Made by a program: the position numbers and the translations under genes | DNA from: Amoebidium appalachense | Lineage: Eukaryota > Protista > Ichthyosporea | Direction: 5' to 3' | DNA: 64,000 nt | NCBI GenBank assembly: GCA_963693365.1 | Contig: CAVNZM010000004.1 | Location: 6,606,593 to 6,670,592 of the forward strand | Part shown: piece by piece, positions 55,893-64,000 of the stretch | How the letters are laid out: every line of letters starts with the position of its first letter | Numbering within the stretch: the first letter of the stretch is position 1 | Notes under the pieces: generated by a model | The model's database searches: none | The model's input: the letters and a program-made list of their open reading frames with translations, nothing else | Told to the model about the DNA's origin: nothing

Positions 55893-56765
55893 TCAAAGTG
55901 CGTGTCCTACATGGCCCGAGTTGTTCCACGGTGTCGGTCTTCTACGCAGTCTGCGAGGCAGGCCGAAGAACTCGGTTGTGCGGTTGCGGGCGTGGACGGT
56001 GTCCAACACGGCGTCCCTTAGCGGCAGACCCGCGTTCTCGACCTGGACGATGACCCGCTCAAAGAACGGGTCGAGCCACTCGGCGGCCCAGTCGTCAAGC
56101 GCGGTGGTGAAGTCTTGAGCGGCCACAGCGCCGGGGGCCATCGAAACGGGGGCACCGTGCTCGATCCCGACGCGGTAGGCACCCTCTTGCAGGGTGGACG
56201 GAGGCGCGGCAGGCGATGGGGTAGTGCGTACGACGTCCTCAAACAGGAGGCTGGGCATGACCCAGTAGGGTTTCCTGGAGATGGCAGGCGCCACACCATC
56301 GACTTCATCCAAGTCGGGATCCCCAAAAACGTTCCAGAAAACCCATCCGTCTCTGGTCGGCTTGGTGGCGTATATGGGGGGCAGTCGTTCACATCCGTAG
56401 CCATACCCCATGCCGGCCTCACTGTCGCTGAGCATGGTGTCGAATTCATAGTAGTATTCGCTGAGGGTCGGGTCGGTAACGGGGTGTCCGGGCTTGTACA
56501 GTTTGATGTAGCTGAGGATGGAACGTTCGTCGCGCTCATAACGAGTCATGCCATTTACACCAACACTCTGGACACTGATCTGTCCGTTTGACAGAATGGG
56601 AATAGCCACCCTGTGTTCGTGGTCCCATCTCGGCTCACTTAGCCACGACCAATCCCGGCCATCGCCCGTGGATTCTGTAACGCATTCAAATTTGCGGTCT
56701 AGGTACCTCGTGAGCTCGTCCTCCGTGGCGATGCGGGTCAGTTCCATGCGCGCCGGCATTTTCAT
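55893..56765 (-). CDS. Hypothetical protein (290 aa)
   Basis: Long intronless ORF with TATAAAA and a CCAAT cluster upstream (56828-56965) and AATAAA downstream (~55765). Confidence 0.75.
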   Translation of the reverse strand: MKMPARMELTRIATEDELTRYLDRKFECVTESTGDGRDWSWLSEPRWDHEHRVAIPILSNGQISVQSVGVNGMTRYERDERSILSYIKLYKPGHPVTDPTLSEYYYEFDTMLSDSEAGMGYGYGCERLPPIYATKPTRDGWVFWNVFGDPDLDEVDGVAPAISRKPYWVMPSLLFEDVVRTTPSPAAPPSTLQEGAYRVGIEHGAPVSMAPGAVAAQDFTTALDDWAAEWLDPFFERVIVQVENAGLPLRDAVLDTVHARNRTTEFFGLPRRLRRRPTPWNNSGHVGHAL

Positions 56766-56998
56766 AACAGAGAATGTTCATGTGAAAGTGGAAATGCGAA
56801 CTGGTGGCCTGTTCTTGTGTGGTAAGCTTTTATACCGGATGTCGCGCAAGCATCAAGCCAATCAGATTTCACACCCGTCAACCAATCAAGAACCAGATAA
56901 AGAGCAAACACAAGATCCACCAATCGGAAATCAGAAGTCACATCCAAAGACCTTGCACCAATCAAAGCCACAACATCCCCCCTGATCTGTCGCCCTGC

Positions 56999-57289
56999 CT
57001 AGTTCTCTTTATTTTCCATGGGCGGCTCCGGCTCGTCATCGGGTTCTAACATCCTTTGCATGACAATCGCGGTCATGGCCTGGTTCTTGGGCACCCAGTG
57101 CTTGAACCCACACTTCCGCGCGAGCTCGTCGGGCAGGTCGATGTAGCCCTTCTCCGCGAGCTCCCTGGCGTAGCGCTGCTTCTCGCGCTCGGTGTGGCGT
57201 TGCGTTTCCTCTGTGGGCACAACCGTGGCCTGGATGACGGGGGCCTTGCCTGGCTCCTCCTTGAGCTTGTATTCCCAGCGATACGCCAT
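56999..57289 (-). CDS. Hypothetical protein (96 aa)
   Basis: High-GC3 ORF (MAYRWEYKLKEEPGK...); AATAAA lies just before the stop. Confidence 0.7.
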   Translation of the reverse strand: MAYRWEYKLKEEPGKAPVIQATVVPTEETQRHTEREKQRYARELAEKGYIDLPDELARKCGFKHWVPKNQAMTAIVMQRMLEPDDEPEPPMENKEN

Positions 57290-57404
57290 ACGTGTGGCAC
57301 CAATAAAAATACAAACAGACGTTTATTGAGTTTGTGTGTTGTGAAGGCGGGGGCCAGCCCCGCGTGTGTGTAGTGAAATGTACATGGTGTGTGTGCGTGT
57401 GTGG

Positions 57405-58355
57405 TCAAGCCTGCGGCGCGCGTGCAAACAGGCCGTGTGCGACCTCGTAGAACTGGGCCGTTTCACCGACCCTCCACTTCTCGCCGGCGAGCTCGACGAC
57501 GACGGGATCGGACGTGATGGGGGTGATGAGGCGCGGACGAGGCGCGCCCTCCGTGTCCAAGGAGACGCTCGCAAAGCCCTCCATGACTAGGAAGGAGGGG
57601 TGCTCGGGAAGGCACATGCCGCGGACGCGCGGGTGGTAAGGACTTGCAACGATCCAGACGATGCACAGGTGGCGCAGCCTGCACAGGGTGCGGATAGCGC
57701 GCATGAACGACGCGGTCCATACTGCGCGGACAGCGACCAGGGTCTCCATGTCGTAGGCGCGCCACGGGGTGAAGTGGTTCGTCATGGTCAGGCGCTGGAC
57801 TGCGCGGATGAAGAGCACGGGGGGCGCGGGGTCGGTGTAGGTGTCCTCGTCGTCGCTGGGCAGGTCGGTGTCGACGTGTGTGATGCGCACGGTCTTGCAG
57901 TTTGAGATGCGACCGCGGACGAAGCACGCGGACAGCTGGACGGCAGAGGCGTTCGCGATGACGCCCTCGATGAACAGGTCACCGTAGAAGGTGACATCGA
58001 CGGTCTCGAGCGCCGTGCAGGCGTCGAAGCCCACGAGGTGCAGTGCGGCGTCGGCCTCGAAGAGCTCTGACCTGTTGAGTTGGATCAGACGGTCGCCCTT
58101 CTCCGACTGGTCGTCCCATGCGCTCGTTATGCACAGGTGGCGGAGGCCGGGGGGCAGCTTGACGGTGATGGACTGGTTCAGATCGCGTGAGAAGAGGGCT
58201 ACGATGTCCAGGGTGATCACCTCCATGGCGCTCCTGGTCGAGAAGTCGATCTTGACGGTGGGGTGGAACAGGTGCGCCCTGATGTTGGCTTCGAGGTCTG
58301 GGTTGTCGACCTCCTCCTTGAGCAGAAAGTACGGTCCCTCGGTGATAAGCGCCAT
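57405..58355 (-). CDS. Hypothetical protein with degenerate FNIP/LRR-like repeats (316 aa)
   Basis: Strong GC3 bias; LNQSITVKLPPGLRHLCI resembles an FNIP unit, with other LxxLxI/V periodicity; AATAAA downstream at ~57325. Confidence 0.7.
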   Translation of the reverse strand: MALITEGPYFLLKEEVDNPDLEANIRAHLFHPTVKIDFSTRSAMEVITLDIVALFSRDLNQSITVKLPPGLRHLCITSAWDDQSEKGDRLIQLNRSELFEADAALHLVGFDACTALETVDVTFYGDLFIEGVIANASAVQLSACFVRGRISNCKTVRITHVDTDLPSDDEDTYTDPAPPVLFIRAVQRLTMTNHFTPWRAYDMETLVAVRAVWTASFMRAIRTLCRLRHLCIVWIVASPYHPRVRGMCLPEHPSFLVMEGFASVSLDTEGAPRPRLITPITSDPVVVELAGEKWRVGETAQFYEVAHGLFARAPQA

Positions 58356-58615
58356 TCTTGTGTCGGTTCCCGTGTTTGCCCGGTGAGATTCTTGGAGCCA
58401 TTTTAATGGCCGTTGCCGCTTGGGATACGATGACGTCATCGCCCAATGGCGATTTCCGCCCAAGAGCGCCCATCCAATCCAATCAAGGACGTCCACGAGC
58501 ACCCACCCAATCGGGAGGTGTCGTTACGTCATCATACCCGAGCCCGAAGATCGTGCGGACTTCCAGAGCACGGTGCACGTACGTACGTTCTCCAGAGCGT
58601 CCAATACAATCCAAA

Positions 58616-59568
58616 CTAACGCGTGAGGAACCATGTGCTGTTGCTCGGATACGAAGCTAATTTGGAGTCGGCTTCGCCGACCGTCTTGAGCCATCCAACA
58701 TTATCCTTGGTCGAGTAGTAGAAAGACTTGCAATTTGGGTCTGCGACGCACGCAATCTTCACTTCGTCCACCGATCCCTTTATCGACCGAATATCGCTAC
58801 CGGCGTGTCCGACATCCAATCGCTGCACCCAATTGGGTCCGGACACCGGCTGGCCCGACTGCCAGAGCACGGTGCCGTTGGCGTCCCGCACGTAGGCGAC
58901 GCCGTCGTTCTCCATTGTCAGGACCGCCGTGCCCACCTTCCCCTTGCGGTAGGTGTTTGACGCCCATATGACCGCACCCTTTGCGTCGTACACCACCAGA
59001 TTGTTGTCTTCCTGCATGACGAGGGAGTAGGGCGAGCCATTCTTGTTGATCTTGTTGTGTGCCCAGAGGACCTTGTTGGTGCCGCGTTCGGCGACTATTG
59101 TGTTCCCGTCTGCCCCCTGCACCAGTTGGTACCGACCGTCGGGCGACACGACCTTCTCCCTGGTTGTGCTGGGCGCCACGATCTTGTTGCCGTTTCCCAG
59201 CATGCTCATGGCCGGCGGATCTTCCTTCTTTACGACAACGGTGGGGGCGTTGGGGCAGGTGGGACAGTCGGGGCACTTCTCCTTGGGGGGGAGGTCGGGC
59301 AGGTCGGGCACGTGGGGCACTTTGTGGGGGCCAGGGTGGGGCACGTCGGACAGGTGGGGCAATCCGGGCACTTCTTTTCGGGGGGGCAGACCGGACAGCT
59401 GTTGCATATGCCGCAGGGGCGCCTGCACTTGAGGGTGGTGATGTAGCGGATAAAGCGGGGCCTGTTGGCGTCGTACATGACGATGAGGACGAACAGGGCA
59501 CACAGGCACCACACCCAGGTAGACACGCTGGGGCGGCGAGGGAAAACCTGGGACGGAGGCAAGTCCAT
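58616..59568 (-). pseudogene. Membrane-anchored CPxCP-stalk / bulb-type lectin / PAN-like protein with one frameshift
   Basis: MDLPP...WVWCLCALFVLIVMY (TM), CPDCPTCP repeats, a frameshift at the G7 run 59285-59291, then LVMQEDNNLVVY...IWASNT...LTMENDGVAYVRD...VLWQS (B-lectin) and GSDIRSI...ACVADPNCKSFYY...GWLK (PAN/Apple-like). Confidence 0.8.
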
Positions 59569-59614
59569 TTGGTAGACCCACATGAAAATCGCACACAGTC
59601 CTGTTTGGCAAGCT

Positions 59615-60021
59615 TTATTTGAGCGGCTCGCGGCGCAGCGCGGATGCCACGCGGGCGGTCCAGGCGCACCTGCCACGCAAGTTCGCGGCGAGGCCTCGTA
59701 TGGAAGCGTCTGTGAGAACCACTCGCCCTTGTTAACGTCCCAGTAGCGGAGCCCGTTTTTCCTCGATACGTGGACCCGGGGGCAGCTGCGGCAGTCCGGG
59801 ACGGTCTCGCTGTCGGCGTCGAAGCCCTCGGCGAGGTACTTGTCGTACAGCGCCTGTCCGCACGTGATTGCGTCGCAGCCCGCGTAGGGTCCAGGGTCGG
59901 GCAGTGGACGACCTTCCATGGCCGCACGCAACGATCGCCACCCCGACGCCACCCGGTGCCGAGCCGCGATTGCAGCAAACGTCAGCGCGCATAGGACACA
60001 CACAACCAGTACCAGATACAT
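59615..60021 (-). pseudogene. Small N-terminally anchored Cys-containing protein, probably frameshifted
   Basis: MYLVLVVCVLCALTFAAIAA signal/TM. An alternative frame ends ...LRREPLK-TAA within AATAAA at 59615-59619, suggesting the true stop. The current frame reads into the next gene. Confidence 0.5.
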
Positions 60022-60067
60022 CACTGTGAGACACCAGCATTACGTCCAACCCCAAGACCGCGAGCGG

Positions 60068-61426
60068 CTATTTGATCCCAACTAGGACGGTGAAGCGACC
60101 GCCGACCCTGTACCCCATCTCATCCACGACGGCCACGCGCAGCCCCTCGACGTGCTCGAGCGACGTGGCGATCTGCGGCGACGCCTGTAGGTCTTCGCTG
60201 ATGCCGCAGGCGGCGCCGTGGACACCCGCGGACACGATGCGGCCCTGCAGGCTTGTCTCGCCGTGCATGACGTTGACCAGCAGCGCGCCCCGAGGCGCCA
60301 GGGGAGGCGTGGACCCGACGATGCACTGGATGTTGTCTGCGGCGCAGGGAAGCTGTTGGTCGCCTTCGGCCACGGGGGCGTGGTCGCGGCCGTCGAAGTA
60401 CCTTGCAAGCGGGGGCAACCCGCTGGTGAGGCTGTGACTGACGTGGCCGCCGACCTCGAAACCCAGGACGCGCGCAAGGCCGCGTGGGACATCGAGGGTG
60501 AACGTAGGGACAGTTGCATATGGGGCCCAGTGCTTGACGACGTCGGGTGTGAGTGTCTTGTGGTGGTGGATGCTGATGACCAGGCGATCGGGAATCGCCA
60601 GCTGCGACGGGGACATAAACGAGTAGAGCGTGTGGTGGAACGGCCACTTGAAGCGGTTGTGGGGGTCACGCTCGTTTGCCAGCTCTCGCCATGCCCAAGG
60701 GTTCTCCCGATAGTGTATCTGCGCCAGCTGCAGCACCTCGTGGGCCAGGTGATCGGCGGGGCCCGAAGTGCGCGGCGCCCACCTGTCCTTTGCGAGGAAG
60801 TCTTCTTGGCGGGTCCATGCCTCGCCATTGCGCTCGGCGGCGGCCTTGATGACGGCCGTGTGTGTGACCTTTGCGTAGTACGGGACTGCATCCGGGAACA
60901 CGTCGAGGAGGTCTGCGATGTCATCGATGTTATACGAGGGCTTGTAGCAATCGGCGATGGCCTGATCTAGACGGGCCTCCAGTTCAGCGCACAGGGCGCC
61001 GATTGTATAGTGCCCGACCGGCAGGTAGATGTCTGCAGTCGAACGTGTCCACGAGCCCGGGTGGCGGCCATCTGGCGAGTTGAGGAACGACAGCCCCAGC
61101 ACCAATCTGTTGGAGCCCTCTGACACGTCGTACACGGAATGCACCCTTGCGCCCTCGACGCGAACACCGTGGACCGAGCGGGGAGCGGAGAACTCTATCT
61201 TCAGCGGGCCACCATGTGTGTCGCCGCTGACAAAGTGGTATCGCCAGGGAGCCTGGGACGCTTGGGTCGGGGCGGGTGAGCTCCGGGCGGAGGCATCGCC
61301 TACCACTGATATGCGGGACGGGGTTGGAAGTGCGGGTCCGTGGGGAAAGGCCCGTCGTGCCATGGCGGCGGAGAAGTCGATGTGTGAAGCCATGTCGTCG
61401 AGAATACGGGAGCGCGCCTTCGACAT
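60068..61426 (-). CDS. Penton/minor capsid-like (single jelly-roll) protein, 452 aa
   Basis: LKIEFSAPRSVHGVRVEGARVHSVYDVSEGSNRL...IYLPVGHYTIGALCAELEARL, LARVLGF and C-terminal VEGLRVAVVDEMGYRVGGRFTVLVGI match the motif order of NCLDV/PLV penton-family proteins (recognised by eye). Confidence 0.65.
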   Translation of the reverse strand: MSKARSRILDDMASHIDFSAAMARRAFPHGPALPTPSRISVVGDASARSSPAPTQASQAPWRYHFVSGDTHGGPLKIEFSAPRSVHGVRVEGARVHSVYDVSEGSNRLVLGLSFLNSPDGRHPGSWTRSTADIYLPVGHYTIGALCAELEARLDQAIADCYKPSYNIDDIADLLDVFPDAVPYYAKVTHTAVIKAAAERNGEAWTRQEDFLAKDRWAPRTSGPADHLAHEVLQLAQIHYRENPWAWRELANERDPHNRFKWPFHHTLYSFMSPSQLAIPDRLVISIHHHKTLTPDVVKHWAPYATVPTFTLDVPRGLARVLGFEVGGHVSHSLTSGLPPLARYFDGRDHAPVAEGDQQLPCAADNIQCIVGSTPPLAPRGALLVNVMHGETSLQGRIVSAGVHGAACGISEDLQASPQIATSLEHVEGLRVAVVDEMGYRVGGRFTVLVGIK

Positions 61427-61451
61427 CCTACAGGTGGGTGAGCATAAAAGC

Positions 61452-61820
61452 TCAGTCCATGACTGTGCAGTTGCACTGCCAACGGGCCTTGGGTCCCGGG
61501 GCAGAAGGTGCGGGCGTCATGCTGGGTGGCCACACCAAAGTCTCGGGGGTAGTGGTGGGGGTGGCTGGGGACGGGGTGACGTCATCCTCGGAGGAAATCT
61601 GTGTCCCGGAGCCACTGGCGGGGAAGTCGAGTGGGACCTCATCGTCTGTCGGCGCGGGGATGCCGGGGGGCCAGACCGCAGGTGCGGTTTCAGCGACGGC
61701 CTCGGTGGCTGCGAGACTGGACGCGGGGCCGGTGCTTTGGTATATGCACTGTGGGGCAGCGAACGACCCGACGGCAAGGGCGAAGACGGCGTAGAGGTTG
61801 TTGAGCATTACTTGTAGCAT
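61452..61820 (-). CDS. Small secreted Pro/Thr-rich protein
   Basis: Signal-like N-terminus, duplicated VWPP motif, and two Cys pairs/termini flanking a mucin-like linker. Confidence 0.55.
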   Translation of the reverse strand: MLQVMLNNLYAVFALAVGSFAAPQCIYQSTGPASSLAATEAVAETAPAVWPPGIPAPTDDEVPLDFPASGSGTQISSEDDVTPSPATPTTTPETLVWPPSMTPAPSAPGPKARWQCNCTVMD

Positions 61821-61828
61821 ATAAAATT

Positions 61829-62425
61829 CTAGGCGCCGCGGAGGTCCAAGACGGCAAGAAACAACGTTATGGCAGGGAACGGGAACATGTCAAGACAGAG
61901 CCTGAAGCGCCAGAACCGCGCGATGCATATCGCAACATTGACACCCCGAAATCCATATTGGACGCCGAGGTCGTCCGTGTAGACAAACCACGAGGGCATC
62001 GGGATGATTGGTAAACCGCCCAAGCCAAGCGAAGCGGCCACTCCCAGTTCGATACGGGCAGTGGGTAGCGAAGCGGGTGACCAATTTGTGTGGTTAGGTG
62101 TACGCGTGTTGATTCTTACGTTAGCGAGGCTTGGCCTCGGTAGTGCGTGTTTCGCGGCGGTCGTGGCTCCGGTCTGTGAATGTATGAAGACAAATTCTGA
62201 GGCATCGGCCCTGTCGTCGGTGAATGTGACGACGTTGTGATCCGGCAAAGCCTTCCAATACATACGCAGATCCCCGACGCGGGTGCACACATATGGGTCA
62301 TCCCTCTGCCATGGCAGTGCCATGCCAGTCTGTTGGGTGTCTGCCAGATCGGGCGGCCAATCAGTTGGTTCGCTCAGCAGAGCCAGTTGCTTGCTAACGT
62401 ATCGACCTGAATGAAGGATGTGCAT
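61829..62425 (-). CDS. Hypothetical protein (198 aa)
   Basis: Intronless ORF with no recognised domain. Confidence 0.5.
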   Translation of the reverse strand: MHILHSGRYVSKQLALLSEPTDWPPDLADTQQTGMALPWQRDDPYVCTRVGDLRMYWKALPDHNVVTFTDDRADASEFVFIHSQTGATTAAKHALPRPSLANVRINTRTPNHTNWSPASLPTARIELGVAASLGLGGLPIIPMPSWFVYTDDLGVQYGFRGVNVAICIARFWRFRLCLDMFPFPAITLFLAVLDLRGA

Positions 62426-62492
62426 ATCGTGTGGGGGCTAACAAGACCTAGGCATTTTATTGTGCCACAAGCAAGGGCCAGTGCGTACACGC

Positions 62493-63064
62493 ATGTGGAT
62501 CGCTCTGGGTATACTCTGTTCATCTGTTCACGGACATGCAGCCATGTTGTGGCCCCCGCAGATGCCTTGCCCGGCAAGCTTTATTAACGAATTGTTGCCA
62601 CGCGAGATGCGGGCGATGGCAAAGAACCACCAATCATACGGCCAAGACATACTATAGTCCATGTACCTACTCCAATCGTCCAACCTTGAATATGCCAAGT
62701 CCGAGCCATGTCGGACGCGCAAAACAACCGGCGAAACCTACACAGTCAAACCCGGAAAGAGATCTAACATCAAAACCCAAAACGATGTTCCCCACGGGGG
62801 AGACTACTACTTCCGCTTTTTCAGAATGGTTAATAGACGCATGCATACGAGTGACATCCAACTAGGCACTCCAAGTGCAAAAAGGGGTGCTGGTGATACG
62901 GCCAATTCGGGGCGATGGGATGCAATCCACGTCCCCCGCAATGTGAGCGTCTGTAAAGGGCGGCGGGATGATGCTATATGCAGATGAAGTGGGTGACCTC
63001 CAAACTCGTCGATTGCGTTCACCAGACGTATGTGGGCTGTGCCTTGATCTCTGTCAAGCGGTGA
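62493..63064 (+). pseudogene. LPMO-like (His-brace) secreted protein, disrupted
   Basis: Signal MWIALGILCSSVHG|HAAMLWPP, in-frame TAG at 62655-62657, PCR...YTVKPG...VPHGGDYYF, IHVP...C, a frameshift/stop near 62960-62972, then CYMQMKWVT...HQTYVGCALISV. Confidence 0.65.
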
Positions 63065-63602
63065 TGGTAGTGGGATGTGGGGTGGTCGGAGTGTTAGCGG
63101 TGTGTTTTTTTGTCTCGTGTGTGGGTTCGTCGTGAGGGAGTCTCGCAAATTCCGCGATTGTGCGCACCTTCGGGGTATTCAAAGTACAATACTTGTCGGC
63201 GATTTGGAAGATGGCGTGATTGGCGTCTTGGATGCATGGAACCGTGATAACACCCACCACGGAGACAACCGAGACAAGTCGGGCGAGTTGTGACACAAGC
63301 GAGGCGTCCTCCTTCCGCAATAAAAATCTCATCAGGACGTGTCGCATTGGACGCAGTAGACTGAAATCTACCTCTGATATCAGGGCTTGGACACACTCCT
63401 TGCAGAATGCGGCATGGCTATTCAGCATATCGACATCCACCCCGTCGATGGCCGACGACACGACAACCAAGTCCGGGTTGTCGTCGAACGACCCATAATA
63501 AGACTTTACTTCGTCTGTGATACACTTGATGTACCTTGTTCTGTGCTCCGCAGGAAGCGTGGCGGGCAGACCATAGAAACTCCGGAAACCGGAGTTCGAC
63601 AT
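63054..63602 (-). CDS. Hypothetical protein (182 aa)
   Basis: Intronless ORF with a TATAAA-like element (~63685) and a CCAAT cluster upstream. Confidence 0.6.
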   Translation of the reverse strand: MSNSGFRSFYGLPATLPAEHRTRYIKCITDEVKSYYGSFDDNPDLVVVSSAIDGVDVDMLNSHAAFCKECVQALISEVDFSLLRPMRHVLMRFLLRKEDASLVSQLARLVSVVSVVGVITVPCIQDANHAIFQIADKYCTLNTPKVRTIAEFARLPHDEPTHETKKHTANTPTTPHPTTITA

Positions 63603-63907
63603 CGTGATTCGCAAAACTAGAAACGTATTCTGGTTTGAGTCGAATGGATGAATAATGAAGCATTGTGTATGTGTCGTTCCTCTTTATACCATTTGATTCA
63701 GATGCGCATAAGCAAATGCAAATGATTGGTGTATGATGGCGTTATGTGTGCTGATGTAACCAATCGCTGCTCTCCATCCGCATGAATTCCTAGTGTGTGG
63801 TATGAGCTCACTTAATCAGGAACCAATGAAAAAAACGCCAGGATTGGATTGTAGTGTTTACATCTACAATTCGCATCAAATTTGATAATGATTTGCGCCC
63901 AATCAAC

Positions 63908-64000
63908 AACGGCGACTCAAAATTCGGGATGATTCAAAACGGCGACTCAAAATTAGGCGTGTCTCACCTTACGCCCAATCATTCAAAACGGCGACTCAAA
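63908..64000. repeat. Short repeats AACGGCGACTCAAA (3 copies, truncated by the window end)
   Basis: Copies near 63908, 63938 and 63987, interleaved with CGCCCAATCA. Confidence 0.75.

Larger units (their letters stand above)
51600..64000. mobile_element. Endogenous large DNA virus-like element (left end; continues beyond the window)
   Basis: Abrupt loss of introns and microsatellites, dense intronless mostly minus-strand ORFs, penton-like and lectin genes, and a terminal palindrome with tandem arrays. The left boundary is uncertain (~51200-51630). Confidence 0.78.

Noticed and set aside
58797-60970. Overlapping long Arg/Pro/Ser-rich ORFs (393, 280, 250 aa)
   Set aside because: Alternative-frame shadows of GC-rich viral genes.
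62528-63148. Minus-strand ORF pieces in one frame as a decayed gene
   Set aside because: Multiple stops and no motifs; the plus-strand LPMO-like reading explains the region better.

Overview
Eukaryotic nuclear DNA in two distinct halves; a unicellular protist is inferred, possibly a holozoan, but the taxon cannot be established from sequence alone. Positions ~1-51,500 are host chromosome with short exons and introns/intergenes saturated with G/C homopolymers and (CA)n/(GA)n/(GCAC)n microsatellites. Recognisable host genes are an MDR quinone-oxidoreductase-like gene, TMEM258/OST5, a Nudix hydrolase, a Ser/Thr kinase, subtilisin relics, an inverted pair of near-identical intronless sugar porters, and an unusual TAZ-zinc-finger/sirtuin fusion. 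The host half also holds a complete TRIM retroelement with a nested LINE-like fragment and a 447-bp fold-back palindrome. From ~51,600 to the window end the sequence becomes a gene-dense, intronless block of mostly co-oriented ORFs. It starts with a perfect 351-bp GC-rich palindrome and several tandem arrays, and encodes a penton/minor-capsid-like protein, a bulb-lectin/PAN surface protein and a decayed LPMO-like gene. It is best read as the end of an endogenised large DNA virus, possibly one with hairpin termini. All family calls come from motif recognition by eye; no database searches were run.
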